A program made the translations under genes and the position numbers. Positions 47,595 through 58,826 of a stretch of DNA of 64,000 nt are shown here, piece after piece. The stretch is taken from positions 160,001 to 224,000 of the forward strand of contig CAWHAE010000009.1 in the NCBI GenBank assembly GCA_963827235.1, in the 5' to 3' direction. This DNA comes from an uncultured bacterium (lineage in GTDB: Bacteria > Chloroflexota > UBA5177 > JANWHV01). The notes beneath the pieces were generated by a model, which saw nothing but the letters and a program-made list of their open reading frames with translations, did no database searches and was not told where the DNA came from. Each line of letters starts with the position of its first letter. Position 1 is the stretch's first letter.

Positions 47595-48857
47595 TTAGTC
47601 GCGCACAGAGAGCAGGCTCACGCTGCCGTCCGGCATCGGCGCGATGGACCGTTGCACGTGCCACGGCAGCAGGGCACCCAGCCACGACAAGACGGTCGCT
47701 CCCAGGCCACGCGTCCGGGGTTCGCCGCCCGCGTTGACGACATAGAGACGGTCGGTGCCGCGATCGACGGCCATGGCGGTGGGGGCCATGCCAACAGCAG
47801 TCGTCGCGACCACCCTACCGGCGCGCGCGTCCAGAATGCTGACGCTGCCGGCACCGGTGCTGTCCTGCTCCAGCACCATGACCCGCTCCGGCTGGCTTGT
47901 CGCAGCTACCCCGATCGGGACGCCGTCCAGGCGGATGGTGCGGACCAGCGCGCCGGTCCGCGCGTCGAGCACGCTCAGGCCGGCCTGGCCCGTGCCGGCA
48001 ACATACACGCGTGCATGCCGCGCGTCCAGCGCCACGCTCTCCGGCTGGTAGGCGAACGCATACGCGACGGAGAGGAGCGGCACGGTGCGCAGGCGGCTGC
48101 CCGTGCGCGCATCGAGCATGGTCACCGCGCCGGTGACGGCATCGGGCAGGAACACCCGGCCTGTCTGCTCGTCCACCACGATGGCGAAGGGTGCGCCGGC
48201 GAGCGACACCGTGTGCAGGAGTATGCCGCTACGCGCATCGAGCAGGTCGAGATGGACAGGGTTCCCCTCGCCAGCCAGCACGAACACGCGGGCCGTGCGC
48301 TCGTCCACGGCCACCGTGCCGGGGTAGAGCGGGTTCAACCAGGACGGCAGTGCAACCCGGCGCAGCAGGGCACCGGTGCGTGCATCGAGCACATCCAGGC
48401 CACCGGGCGCCGCATATGTCTCCTGCTCGAGCACGAAAACACGACTGCTGCGACGGTCCACGGCGACCGCAGTGGGGCCACCGCCCAGTCCGAGATGCGT
48501 CGTGCGCACCAGCGAGCCGCTCCGCGCATCGAGCACGCTCACGCTGTGGTCGGCCGTGTTGAGCACAAAGGTGCGTGCGCTCAGCTCGTCGACCGCCACC
48601 GCCAAGGGTCCCTTCCCGACAGCCACGGTCGCGCGCAGGCTGCCGCTCGTCGCATCCAGCACGCTGACCGTGTCATCCTGACTGTTGAGCACGAAGACGC
48701 GCCGGGTCTGCTCGTCGACGGCCACGGCCACTGGCTGCCGGCCCACCGTGACGGCAGACGGCGGCCCCGCCCGGCGCACGACCTGGCCAATCCCGCCGGC
48801 GAGCAGGGCCGCCAGCAGGACCGCCAGCAGGAGTGCCACGACCAGCCCGTGTCGCAT
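47595..48857 (-). CDS. YncE/YVTN beta-propeller protein
   Basis: Signal-like N-terminus; repeated VAVDExTxRVFVLN...VSVLDARTG blades. Confidence 0.88.
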   Translation of the reverse strand: MRHGLVVALLLAVLLAALLAGGIGQVVRRAGPPSAVTVGRQPVAVAVDEQTRRVFVLNSQDDTVSVLDATSGSLRATVAVGKGPLAVAVDELSARTFVLNTADHSVSVLDARSGSLVRTTHLGLGGGPTAVAVDRRSSRVFVLEQETYAAPGGLDVLDARTGALLRRVALPSWLNPLYPGTVAVDERTARVFVLAGEGNPVHLDLLDARSGILLHTVSLAGAPFAIVVDEQTGRVFLPDAVTGAVTMLDARTGSRLRTVPLLSVAYAFAYQPESVALDARHARVYVAGTGQAGLSVLDARTGALVRTIRLDGVPIGVAATSQPERVMVLEQDSTGAGSVSILDARAGRVVATTAVGMAPTAMAVDRGTDRLYVVNAGGEPRTRGLGATVLSWLGALLPWHVQRSIAPMPDGSVSLLSVRD

Positions 48858-49481
48858 CCCCGTCCCCTCCCGTCGCACCTCTGGCCGCCCTCGCGAGCGC
48901 TGCGTTGCCCGCACTGTAGCCGACCACGCAGCGGGTTCTCGTGCGGCGGGATCGGGCCAACGCCGGCCACCGGTAACACCGTAGCACGGCACGAACGAAC
49001 AGGCGTAGTGCGACGAGCCCTGCCAGATACGTGCCGAGATGTGAGCATCAGAGGTGAGTCTAGCCAAGCAAGATCACCAGTGCGCGATCGCGGATCAGCG
49101 CTGCATCTTCATTCATCCAACTTGTAGCGTCGGCGCGCCAAAGCGGGGTGCAATGAGCTCGCTGTAGCGGTCCGATATTTGTTGCGCGCGGGCCAGCGTG
49201 TGCGACCAGCGAATGGGCACTTGCGGTCGCCGGTCTCGGCGCTGGTCCGGGTTTCGTCTACCTGTGCCTCAGGATTCGGCCCCTTGCACGGCCACTACCA
49301 CGAGGTTGATGATTATGCGCAGCCTACATACCTCACTTCGAGGAAGTGAGCAATGGGCGCCAAGTCGTGAGCGCGACCAAGAGAGGCAGATGGAGCTCCG
49401 ACCGATCAGCGGTCGATCCACCTGCGGCACCGCATGTGCGAGGCACGTGAAAGCGGCATTGAGCCGAGAACTCTCGGGCAG

Positions 49482-49612
49482 CTACATCGCTGTGGGCAGG
49501 ACACTCGGTTGCCACAGTACCGCCAGGCCGTACACGGTCAGGGCGACTGCGGCCACCTGCGCAACCCGACGACCGACCGGCAGAACCTTCTCGGCATAGA
49601 TGAGCGTCGCGA
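49482..49612 (-). pseudogene. C-terminal remnant of a DUF2182-like membrane protein
   Basis: Manual translation LATLIYAEKVLPVGRRVAQVAAVALTVYGLAVLWQPSVLPTAM*. Confidence 0.5.
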
Positions 49613-49890
49613 GCGGCTTCACGTCGAAGATCGTGGTCGACGGCGACGCGCTCGTCGTCAGCTAGCCGGCGATCGGCGTGCAGCTCTGGTCGTCGAAGGC
49701 GCGGTCGCCCGCGTGCAATCCTACTCAGTGATCACGTTGCAAACCACAGCCGCGTGGAGAGGTGTACCAGACACGGCGGACACTCATCGCGCTGGGCGCG
49801 ACGCTCATCTGCCGGTCTACACGATTCCGGTTTTGTTTGCGTCTCTTATGCTCTGCGGCGTCAGTTTGTCCGGCTCGACGCTGGGGCGGT

Positions 49891-50787
49891 CTAGCGTGGT
49901 CTGGCTTCCAGAGAGCGCTGCATGGCTTCCAGGCGGGCAAGGCGGTGCTCGATGCTGGGATGTGTGCCAAACAGCTCGCCCATTCTGCTTCGTTTGGACT
50001 GCGAGACGATGTAGAAGGCGTGGAGTGGCTGCGCGGTGCGCAGATCCCGGGTTGGTATGTGCTGGATGACGTCGTTGACTTTGATCAGGGCCGAGCGCAT
50101 GTTGGCGGGCGTGCCAGTCAGGATCACGGCGCCCCGATCTGCCGCGTACTCACGGTAGCGAGACAGGGCACGCAAGAGGAAAAAGCTGATCAACCAGACG
50201 GCGAGAGAGATCAGGAACACCACGGCCAGCGGGTTTCTGCTGCCACCCCGGCCACCGAATCGGAGCCATCTGCCCCAATGCACCATGAAGGCCGCTACGC
50301 TGGCGAGGAGACTGGCATAGGTCATGACCATCATGTCCCGGTTGAGAATATGCGACAGTTCGTGTGCGAGCACGGCTTCCAGTTCGGCAGGTTCCAGCGT
50401 CTGCAGCAGGCCGCGGCTGACCGCGATCACGGCCCGCTTGGGACTTCGGCCCACGGCGAAAGCGTTGGGCACGCGGGTCTCGATCACGGCCAAGCGGGGA
50501 ACGCCCACGTTCGCCATCTGCGCGAGGCGAAGCACGATGCGACGCAGTTCGGGCTCCTCGTCATCGTTGAGTAGGCGCGCGTGGGTCGTGCGCAGCACGA
50601 GCACGTCTGAGGCGTAGAACTGGATCAGCAGTAGGCCGACGCCGGCGGCCACGAGCAGAATGGCGCTTCCGCAGAGATTCCAGAGGACGACCAGGAAGAC
50701 GGCGTAGAGAGCGGCGAGCAGGAACAGTGTGGCGCCAATGCGGAGGGTGAGTTGGGTGTCCCGACCGTACCAACGTGTGCTAGTCAT
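49891..50787 (-). CDS. htpX: Zinc metalloprotease HtpX (M48)
   Basis: PNAFAVGRSP, AVLAHELSH, LSRYREYAADRG, FGTHPSIEHRLARL. Confidence 0.93.
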   Translation of the reverse strand: MTSTRWYGRDTQLTLRIGATLFLLAALYAVFLVVLWNLCGSAILLVAAGVGLLLIQFYASDVLVLRTTHARLLNDDEEPELRRIVLRLAQMANVGVPRLAVIETRVPNAFAVGRSPKRAVIAVSRGLLQTLEPAELEAVLAHELSHILNRDMMVMTYASLLASVAAFMVHWGRWLRFGGRGGSRNPLAVVFLISLAVWLISFFLLRALSRYREYAADRGAVILTGTPANMRSALIKVNDVIQHIPTRDLRTAQPLHAFYIVSQSKRSRMGELFGTHPSIEHRLARLEAMQRSLEARPR

Positions 50788-51301
50788 GTCGCGTGGCGCG
50801 CTCGAGCGAGCCGCGTGCGGGCGGCTGCCGGTGACGCGCTCTCCTTTCTGCTTACGCTGGACACCGGGCGGCAGGCCGGCGTGGTTGTGGCCTTTCCTGC
50901 GAAAGACACTGCGGCGCGCTCTAATTGTAGGTCGGTGGGTGGGCTGCCGCAATGACCTACTCGGCCTGCGCGGTTTCCGATTGCCACGCAGGAGGGCAGA
51001 TGTCCCTACAGGACCTCTCTGGCCACGGTGGCCACGTGGGAGGTGCATTGGCTCTCGGCCAGATCATGGTTTGCAGGGTCGCGTGTCTACAAGCAACGGC
51101 TAACTATACATGTCGACAGGTCGGGGCAGGAACGGTTCCCTGGCCCATCAGAAGCGTGAACTTGGCGTCCAGTAAGTGAGTGGTACGAGCGCAAGCTCGC
51201 ATCAACGAGGTGTTGTTCCGCCTCGCATGATGTCAACTGCGGGCGCCAAGGTTCGCATTGTCCCCGCGTGGAAGCTCATGTTCCACCTGCTAGCGGTCCA
51301 G

Positions 51302-51403
51302 TCAAATCAACCAGTCCTGGAGCACGAGACCCGATATGCGCCCAAATTCGCGGGTATTGTGTGTCACAAGTGTGGCGGACGCCGCGAGAGCGATAGCGGC
51401 AAT
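51302..51403 (-). pseudogene. VapC/PIN toxin C-terminal remnant
   Basis: Manual translation [33 protein letters not shown]; truncated at 51403. Confidence 0.8.
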
Positions 51404-51560
51404 AGGGCCCAGAATAAGCGTTTCTGTCACCAAGTGCAAAGTATCTTGATAGGCTAAAGGCTCAAGGTTGGTCAGACGGGGAAGCGGCTGATGACGTTGT
51501 TATACTCCTCCTGGGCGTCTTCGAGCGCAAGACGGGTGTAGATCTCCAGAGACTGCCGGT
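51404..51560 (-). mobile_element. Mobile-element scar: putative terminal sequence plus tyrosine-recombinase C-terminal remnant
   Basis: [27 protein letters not shown] at ~51462-51560 resembles the catalytic-Tyr end of small integrases; AT-rich AGGGCCCAGAATAAGCG... abuts the vapC break. Confidence 0.55.
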
Positions 51561-51582
51561 AAATGGAGGAGCGTAGGACCGG

Positions 51583-53172
51583 TCAGATCCCGCCGATGTC
51601 GCGCCGCCGGAGTCCGCCCAGCCCGGCGAGGGTGAGGCCGGCCGCAATGGCTGAGAGCACGAGCAGCGGCACGAGTGTCAAGCTCGCAGCAGGCAGCTGG
51701 GGCACGCGTTCGAACGGAGAGAGGTCCTGAAGCCAGAGTGGCAGATGGAGGATCGCGCCGAGGAACCCGACAACGACGCACGCCGCAAGGATCGCCCATG
51801 ACGCGCCGACCCAACGCGGCAGCAGCCCATCGAGGGCGATCGCGAGTCCGACCATGATCCACATAGGCGGCGCGTAGACGAGGGCGGCCCCGACCAAGCG
51901 CGGAACGCTCTGCATGCCGCCGCCCGCTACGCCATAGGTAAGGCTGGTTGCCAGACCAGCGACGGCGAGCAGCACGACGCTGCCCGCGAAAGCCACCGTG
52001 AGGTGGCTCCCCGCGAAACGCCAGCGCGAGACGGGCGTCGCAAGCACCAAATCGGCCCGCATCGACGTCTCCTCGCTTCGCACGCGCAGCGCGGACTGGA
52101 CGGCGAAGCCCGTGGCGAGAAGCGCCATGATTCGGAAGGAGGCAGCGAAATAGGAGTCCGTAAGGTTCCCACCTCCGGTGCCGGCCAGCACCTCGGCAAG
52201 GGCCTTGTTCTGCCCGATGAATGTGTCGACCGTGGGACCAATCCAGCCATACCCGATGCCTGTGACGAGGACGCCCGCGGCCCACCCGAATAGTGATGCG
52301 CGCTGCAGGCGCACAGCCAGCCCGAACGCGTGCCCGAGACTCGGCGCGGCCGTTGGCCTGCCTGGCCGGGGCGCCACGAGCCCCGCCCCGAGGTCGCGCC
52401 GAGCGGCCATGGTCGCGGCCGAGCCGACTAGGAGCACAGTCACCCCGGCCAAGAGCAGGAAAGGCCACCACCGCTCGCCGGCGAACGGTCGCGCCTTCTG
52501 AGCCACCCCAATCGGGGAGAACCAGGAGGCTGTTCCGTCGCCGATGTCGCCCACGGCGCGCAGCACGTACGCCGCCCCGAGCAACGCCCCGGCGACGCCA
52601 TAGACGACGCGGGTGTTTTCGGTAACCTGGACCACGAGAAGGGCGATGCCGCCGAACACGAGCCCGACCAGGATGAACGACACGCCGAACACGATCGACC
52701 CGACCGCAGGCAGGCCCTGTGCTAACAGGACGGCAGCTGTGAGCGCGCCCACGGCCACATTCATCACGGCCACCGTGAGCGCCGCGGCGAACGTGTTTGC
52801 GTGGATGCTGACCGGGAGTGAGCGCACGAGTTCGAGGCGGCCGGCCTCCTCCTCGCCCCGCGTGAGCCTGCCCAGCATGAAGATGCTCATGAGGGCAACC
52901 AACACCATACCCCCGGCGCCGAACTGAAACGCCACCTGCCCGCCGACGGTGTTCAGGCCCTGGGCAGGTCCGTTGAAGGCGATTGCGGCGGCGTTGTGTT
53001 GAGTGGCGGCAGCCGTTTGATCCAGGGCAGCCTGGGTCGGAAACAGACCCTTGATTCCAACTGCGGTAAGCGCCGCCAGCACCACGATGGCCGCGATCCA
53101 GACGAAGATCCGGATGCGGTCGCGGCGCAGGATGAAGCGGGTCAACGCAATGCTTCCCGTAAGTGAGGTCAT
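51583..53172 (-). CDS. ABC-2-type exporter permease (antibiotic-export type)
   Basis: [35 protein letters not shown]; many TM helices. Confidence 0.9.
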   Translation of the reverse strand: MTSLTGSIALTRFILRRDRIRIFVWIAAIVVLAALTAVGIKGLFPTQAALDQTAAATQHNAAAIAFNGPAQGLNTVGGQVAFQFGAGGMVLVALMSIFMLGRLTRGEEEAGRLELVRSLPVSIHANTFAAALTVAVMNVAVGALTAAVLLAQGLPAVGSIVFGVSFILVGLVFGGIALLVVQVTENTRVVYGVAGALLGAAYVLRAVGDIGDGTASWFSPIGVAQKARPFAGERWWPFLLLAGVTVLLVGSAATMAARRDLGAGLVAPRPGRPTAAPSLGHAFGLAVRLQRASLFGWAAGVLVTGIGYGWIGPTVDTFIGQNKALAEVLAGTGGGNLTDSYFAASFRIMALLATGFAVQSALRVRSEETSMRADLVLATPVSRWRFAGSHLTVAFAGSVVLLAVAGLATSLTYGVAGGGMQSVPRLVGAALVYAPPMWIMVGLAIALDGLLPRWVGASWAILAACVVVGFLGAILHLPLWLQDLSPFERVPQLPAASLTLVPLLVLSAIAAGLTLAGLGGLRRRDIGGI

Positions 53173-54110
53173 CGACGTGGCGACGTCGTCATGTCGCGCC
53201 CCGGGTCGACCGTTCGGGGTTCCTTCGCCAGCTCATCGCCATAGTGCCGCAGGAACAGCTCCTCGAGTGTGGGTGGATGGCTGACGAGGCTGCGGACCCC
53301 GATCTCGCCGAGCCGGCGCACCGCAAGGTCGAGGTGATCGGTATCGACGTCGAAATGCACATGGGCGCCGTCGATCTCAAGGTTGTGAAGACCGTCCAGG
53401 TTGGCAAGGCTCTGCGCCGGACGTTCGGTCTCCGCTGTGATCGACGTTCGCGTAAGGTGCCTGAGCTCGGCGAGCGTGCCTCCTTCCACTACCCTCCCCA
53501 GCCTGATGATGCTCAACCTGTCGCAGAGGGCTTCGACCTCCGCCAGGATGTGACTGGAGAGCAACACCGTCCGCCCTTCGGTCTTTAGCTCGCGAATGTA
53601 GTCCTGGAAGACCGCCTCCATCAGCGGATCGAGTCCCGACGTCGGCTCGTCCAGTAGGAGCAACTCGGCGTCAGACGCGAGGGCCGCGACCAATCCCACC
53701 TTCTGCCGGTTGCCTTTTGAGTACGTGCGGGTCTTCTTGCTCGGGTCAAGTTGGAAGCGTTCGAGAAGTTCATCCCGGCGGCGCGGGTTGAGGTCGCCCC
53801 GCAGCCGGCCGAATAGGTCGATCACCTCTCCGCCGGTCAGGTTCGGCCACAGACTGACCTCCCCGGGCACATACGCCAACCGGCGATGCAACTCGACGGC
53901 GTCGTGCCACGGGTCCTTCCCCAGCAAGGCGACCTCCCCCGCGTCGGCTCGCAGCAGCCCGAGCAACACACGGATAGTCGTTGTCTTGCCCGAGCCGTTC
54001 GGCCCGAGAAAACCGTAGACCTCGCCGGTCTCGACCGACAAGTCGAGACCATCTAGGGCGCGCGTCGATCCGAAGGTCTTTACAAGACCAGAAGTGGAGA
54101 TCGCGGGCAT
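53169..54110 (-). CDS. ABC transporter ATP-binding protein
   Basis: [35 protein letters not shown]. Confidence 0.95.
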   Translation of the reverse strand: MPAISTSGLVKTFGSTRALDGLDLSVETGEVYGFLGPNGSGKTTTIRVLLGLLRADAGEVALLGKDPWHDAVELHRRLAYVPGEVSLWPNLTGGEVIDLFGRLRGDLNPRRRDELLERFQLDPSKKTRTYSKGNRQKVGLVAALASDAELLLLDEPTSGLDPLMEAVFQDYIRELKTEGRTVLLSSHILAEVEALCDRLSIIRLGRVVEGGTLAELRHLTRTSITAETERPAQSLANLDGLHNLEIDGAHVHFDVDTDHLDLAVRRLGEIGVRSLVSHPPTLEELFLRHYGDELAKEPRTVDPGRDMTTSPRR

Positions 54111-54522
54111 CACGCTGCCATCATCCCACCAGCCCTCGCACCGAGCAGTCCCGCCAGTAAGCAAGACACGAGGGCCACGGGCAGCAGGCTTGCCATCGCT
54201 GTCCTCCCGCCGGATCCTGTCGGAACTCAGCATTCCAGCCGCTGCCAGATTACTTTCGGCCATCACAGTAGCTCAGGAAATGGCCAGAGTCAAGCAAATA
54301 GCACGGATCTTCGCGTTCCGCAGACGAGCTGCGTCTGCCGGACGGGTCGCTACCGTTCCGCACGTTCCCAGCAGCTCAGTACAACGCAGGCCCACGTAGG
54401 TGGCCGGCTCACCAGCAGCGATGATCGGCCACGCCGCTTTGTTCCAGGTCCCTCTCGCCTCCCCTCAGGAACGGAAAGAAGCGGGTAGCGAGGAGATCGT
54501 GCCGTCCTGCTATGCTGGTCTC

Positions 54523-55377
54523 ATGCAGACGGCTGAGCACTTCCTGTTAGTGGACGGGCATCACCTCTTTCATCGCACCTTCAACGCGCTGCCCCGGACC
54601 ATTCTCGGGCTCGATGGCGAGCCGATCCAGGGCGTCTATGGCTTCGCCGGCGCGCTCCTTCGGCTCGTGCGCCGGTTCGCGCCTACCCACGTCTGTATCC
54701 CGTTCGATCCACCGGACCCGCCGTTCCGCCGTGCGCTGTTCCCTTCCTACCGCACCGGTCGCCCACGCGGCACCGAGGCGGAGGTGGCCAACTTCGATGC
54801 GCAGGTGGGTCAGGTCGGGCAGGTGCTCGACTATCTGGGCATTGCCCACCCCATGGTCGCCGGCTACGAAGCAGATGACGCGCTGGGCACCCTGGCGGCA
54901 CGGGCGAATGCCGCAGCGCTCCGGACGACCATCGTCTCCGGCGATCGCGACCTCCTCCAGCTGGTCTCACCGCAGGTCACCGTGTTCATGCCCAAGGGAA
55001 AGGACGGGGAAGCCTTCACCCCGGCGCTCGTGCAGGAGCGGTGGGGGGTGACGCCGCAGCGGTTTACCGATCTGAAGGCGTTGATCGGGGACGACTCCGA
55101 CTGCATCCCCGGTGTGCCGGGCATCGGGCCGCGCACTGCAGCGGAGCTGCTGGCCCGTTGCGGCGACCTGGACGGCCTGTACGCGGCGCTGGAGACGCTG
55201 CCGGCCCGGCAGGCCGGCCTGCTGGCAGACTACCGCGAGCGCGTTTCGCTCAACCGGCGCCTGGTGACCATCGTGACCACGCTCGACTTGCCCGCGGATC
55301 TGGCAGTCTATCGCTGGTCCTGTGCTACCCCGTGGACGGCCAGCACCTTGCTTCAGGTAATCGGCCTGCGCGACTGA
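54523..55377 (+). CDS. Stand-alone 5'-3' exonuclease / flap endonuclease (Pol I N-terminal-like)
   Basis: LLVDGHHL, GYEADDALGT, SGDRDLLQL, GDDSDCIPGVPGIGPRTA. Confidence 0.9.
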   Translation: MQTAEHFLLVDGHHLFHRTFNALPRTILGLDGEPIQGVYGFAGALLRLVRRFAPTHVCIPFDPPDPPFRRALFPSYRTGRPRGTEAEVANFDAQVGQVGQVLDYLGIAHPMVAGYEADDALGTLAARANAAALRTTIVSGDRDLLQLVSPQVTVFMPKGKDGEAFTPALVQERWGVTPQRFTDLKALIGDDSDCIPGVPGIGPRTAAELLARCGDLDGLYAALETLPARQAGLLADYRERVSLNRRLVTIVTTLDLPADLAVYRWSCATPWTASTLLQVIGLRD

Positions 55378-55570
55378 CCGCACGCCGATCGCGCGCCATC
55401 GTCCGGGCATTGTGGGGGCACCGGTATCGCCTTCTATTCCGAGAAGGGCGCCGCCGGGTAAGCCGTTGACCCAAGGGTCCGCTCGCCCTCGACCCTCCTT
55501 TCCGTGCAAGGAATCCGGCAGCGGATTGTGCGGCGCACCAGCCGCACAGGTGCTGCGCGAGATCTCGTGA

Positions 55571-55900
55571 TCATGGGGCAAACATAGCCGCCAGCGTGTC
55601 CAGCACACTCTGCTGAGCGGCAGCATCGATACTGCCAAGCTGCCGGACGAGCCGTGTCTTGTCCACCACACGAATCTGGTCGAGCGCGATCTCCCCGTGT
55701 TTGCCTTGGAATTCGCAGGGCACGCGCGTGGGATAGGCGCGTCCACGCGTGGTCATCGGAGCGATAATCACGGTCGCGATAGCGGCATTCATCTCATCAG
55801 GCGAGACAACGAGCCCGGGCCTGGTAGTCTGCATCTCCGAGCCGACCGTGGGATCAAGAGAGACAAGATAAACGGCAAACCGGCGTATTACCACTGCCAT
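55571..55900 (-). CDS. PemK/MazF-family toxin
   Basis: VYLVSLDPTVGSEMQTTRPGLVVSPDEMN, LDQIRVVDKTRL. Confidence 0.93.
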   Translation of the reverse strand: MAVVIRRFAVYLVSLDPTVGSEMQTTRPGLVVSPDEMNAAIATVIIAPMTTRGRAYPTRVPCEFQGKHGEIALDQIRVVDKTRLVRQLGSIDAAAQQSVLDTLAAMFAP

Positions 55901-56154
55901 TCGCCTAGATCCCACGCGCTGGGCGTGAGCGTGTCGGCGTCCAGCAGCGCATCATCGTGCTGATCGGCCATGGTACGAAAGGCGTCCTCCCAGCCGGCGC
56001 GCGGATGGTGGGCCGCGGAGATGACCAGGTGATCACCGTCGAGCTGGATGTTGACGGCGTCGCGCAAGCCGGCTTGTTCGACCAGTGCTTTAGGGATTCG
56101 GATCCCCTGCGAGTTGCCAATGCGAATAAGGCGCGTAGTAACGGTGTGTGCCAC
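55888..56154 (-). CDS. AbrB/MazE-family antitoxin
   Basis: IRIGNSQGIRIPK; overlaps the toxin start. Confidence 0.93.
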   Translation of the reverse strand: MAHTVTTRLIRIGNSQGIRIPKALVEQAGLRDAVNIQLDGDHLVISAAHHPRAGWEDAFRTMADQHDDALLDADTLTPSAWDLGEWQW

Positions 56155-56179
56155 GGCTATCTCCCAGATGCTTGTGTGG

Positions 56180-56230
56180 TCGGGGCATACATTGTAATTA
56201 CAATGTATGCCCCGAGGCGTCGAGAGTCAA
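56180..56230 (-). promoter_or_regulatory. Toxin-antitoxin promoter with a perfect 36-bp palindromic operator
   Basis: TCGGGGCATACATTGTAATTACAATGTATGCCCCGA (56180-56215); minus strand TTGACT-17 bp-TACATT. Confidence 0.8.
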
Positions 56231-56699
56231 CGCACTACCGATCCGGCGCGCCGAGAGCGCGTGCGATCGGTGCCATGAGCCGGCGACACCGCTAGCTGCA
56301 CGCGAGCGTGTCCGGCACGTACACTGACCCGCTCATGCCTGGGCAATTCATCCGCGCCTCAATGTGCTCGCAGCGCCTGCATCAGGTGTGGGCAGCGATT
56401 CGACCATGAACGAAAGAGTGAGGCCAGGGCGCATGCCGCGCAACGTCATCACCGAGGTCGGGCTACTACCACAGCGACATTTCCGGTATCTGCTTTATGG
56501 CTGCCTCTGGAGACAGCGGACCCCACGTCTCCCTTTGGTGGCAACCCCCGGAGGGTGCAGCGCTAAGTGTCACTGCAGTGCTCAGCGCTGCCGACGGCAG
56601 CTGGGCCGGCGCGCTGGCTGCTCGCCGCAGACAGACCACGCGTTTCGGGGTACGCTGGGATGCGTGAGGTCGAACATAGAGCAGAGGAGATCCACCGGC

Positions 56700-57638
56700 A
56701 TGCCCGACGCGCTACCGCGGCAATCGATAGGAGGCGACGGCCCAAGGGTCATGCGCATTGCTCTTGGCTGTATGGGCCTGACCGGCACGTGGGATCCCGG
56801 TGCAGTGGGCCCAGAGCAGCGAACCCGCGCAATCCGGGCATTCGAAGCGGCGCTTGACGCCGGGATCACGCTCTTTGACCACGCCGATATCTACGGCGGC
56901 GGCAGCTGTGAGGAGGTCTTCAAGGACTGCCTGGCTGCCGTCCCCGGCGCGCGGGAACGAATCGTGATCGCCACGAAGGGCGCCATACGACACGGCTTCT
57001 ACGATGCCGGGCGCGAGTATCTCACCGGGTGTGTGGAACGATCGCTCGGCCGCATGGGGATCGACCACATCGATCTCTATCAAATCCACCGCCCGGATCC
57101 GCTGACCCACCCGGCGGAGACGGCATCAGCGCTGAACGACCTGCTGCGGCGAGGCCTCATTCGGGCAGTCGGCGTCAGCAACTACTTCCCCGAGCAGGTG
57201 CGCGCGCTCCAGCGATACCTGGACGTACCCATCCGCAGCAACCAGATCGAGATCAGCCTGGTGAGGCTCGATCCCATGTACGAGGGCCTTGCCGGCGGAG
57301 ACGGCACGCTGGATCAGTGCATGGCCCTGGGCATGACCCCGCTGGCCTGGAGTCCGCTGGGCGGAGGCAGACTCTTCGGCAGCAGGCCCCATCCAGGCGG
57401 CCAGGAACGCGTTGCGGCCATTCGCACCGCACTGGCAAGCCAGGCCTCGCGCCACAACGCCACGCCGGTGCAAATCGTCCTGGCCTGGCTGCTCGCCCAT
57501 CCGGCAGGCATCATTCCCTTGGTGGGAAGCGCCGATCCCCGCCACATCGAGGAAGCGGTGGGCGCCACGCGAGTCAAGCTCAGTCGCGAAGATTGGTATG
57601 CCCTCTGGGTGGCGGCCTGGGGACGGGAAGTGCCGTGA
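56700..57638 (+). CDS. Aldo/keto reductase
   Basis: FDHADIYGGG, IDLYQIHRPD, VGVSNY, AWSPLGGG. Confidence 0.93.
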   Translation: MPDALPRQSIGGDGPRVMRIALGCMGLTGTWDPGAVGPEQRTRAIRAFEAALDAGITLFDHADIYGGGSCEEVFKDCLAAVPGARERIVIATKGAIRHGFYDAGREYLTGCVERSLGRMGIDHIDLYQIHRPDPLTHPAETASALNDLLRRGLIRAVGVSNYFPEQVRALQRYLDVPIRSNQIEISLVRLDPMYEGLAGGDGTLDQCMALGMTPLAWSPLGGGRLFGSRPHPGGQERVAAIRTALASQASRHNATPVQIVLAWLLAHPAGIIPLVGSADPRHIEEAVGATRVKLSREDWYALWVAAWGREVP

Positions 57639-58157
57639 CGCCCTCGCCGCGAGCCGGCACGGCGGCTGTGCCCCCCCTCGAGCGTGCCGGCCGTAGGACT
57701 CTCTCCGTGCCGGCCCGGCCAGTTCGCTCGAGACGTCGCCAAGTCCGCCCCGTCGCTGGAGTGTCACAGGGCATCCCAATCCCGCGTCCAGAGCCGTGTG
57801 CGGGATGTGGTAGATGCTGAGGTGCCCCTTGGGCATCAGGCACCCGATACGCCCGTACCCTGCCGTCCTAATACAGCTGGAGGCTACCGCCCCCCGCCCA
57901 ACCACGACCCACTGCGGTGGGTTCCCCGGCCGGCCCGTACCCTGCCATCCTGTCGCAACTGGAGGCTCCGCGAGTTCGCCACGCCGCACACGCAAATGGG
58001 AAGCATCCTAGCAGGCTAGCGGCGAGCGGCCTGCTAGTCAGTGTGCCTTGCGAGATCAGGTCGGGAAAGCAGGCGAGAGCCCACGCCGGCGCCCGCGGAC
58101 CGTGTCACATGTACCGGTGCACCGCAGTCTGGCAGTATCATCCGCATAGGATAGCTC

Positions 58158-58826
58158 ATGAGTGACGACGGTAACGGGGTGCAGGCAACGCTGGCGCGGG
58201 TGCGCGCCTACTGGGATGGCCGCGCCCGCGCACATCTGCCTGACCTGGAAAAGCTGGAGTGGTCGCACTGGCGCTCGCAACGGCTCCGCTACGAGGTCTT
58301 CCTTGCGGATCACGATCTGCAGGGCAAGAGCGTGCTCGACGTGGGCTGCGGTCTGGGCCACTTCTACGAGCACCTGCACAGGCGCGGTATCGAGGTGGAG
58401 TACCTGGGCTACGACCTCTCGCCGGCGATGGTGCGCCAGTGCCGTGCGCACTATCCCGACCAGCACTTCGAGAGCGGCGACTTCCTGAGCTACTTGCCGG
58501 CCAGCCGATTCGACTACACCGTCGCCTTCGGCATCCACAGTGTCCGTGTTCCCGGCATGCGCGCCGTGCTCGATCAGGTGACGCGCCACCAGTTCGAGCT
58601 CACCGGTATCGCCGCCCACGTCAGCCTGCTCACCGACCGCTATCCATCGTTCGCGCCGCACATGCAGTCCTGGTCTGCCGAGGAGGTGCTGGCCCTGGCG
58701 TTGGCGATCACCCCGACGGTCGCACTCCACCATGACTATCTGGAGACCGACTTCAGCGTGACGCTCTATCGGGCGCCGGTGACCAAGAGCCGGCTCTCCG
58801 GCACGCTCGCCTACGACCGAGAGTAG
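58158..58826 (+). CDS. Class I SAM-dependent methyltransferase
   Basis: SVLDVGCGLG, YLGYDLSPAMV. Confidence 0.88.
   Translation: MSDDGNGVQATLARVRAYWDGRARAHLPDLEKLEWSHWRSQRLRYEVFLADHDLQGKSVLDVGCGLGHFYEHLHRRGIEVEYLGYDLSPAMVRQCRAHYPDQHFESGDFLSYLPASRFDYTVAFGIHSVRVPGMRAVLDQVTRHQFELTGIAAHVSLLTDRYPSFAPHMQSWSAEEVLALALAITPTVALHHDYLETDFSVTLYRAPVTKSRLSGTLAYDRE

Noticed and set aside
47595-48857. DNA-level repeats as a mobile or array element
   Set aside because: Explained by the beta-propeller blade repeats of the YncE-like protein.
54523-56154. Flap endonuclease plus MazEF as a defence or prophage module
   Set aside because: The genes are convergent, both families are common as stand-alone loci, and no phage genes are nearby.
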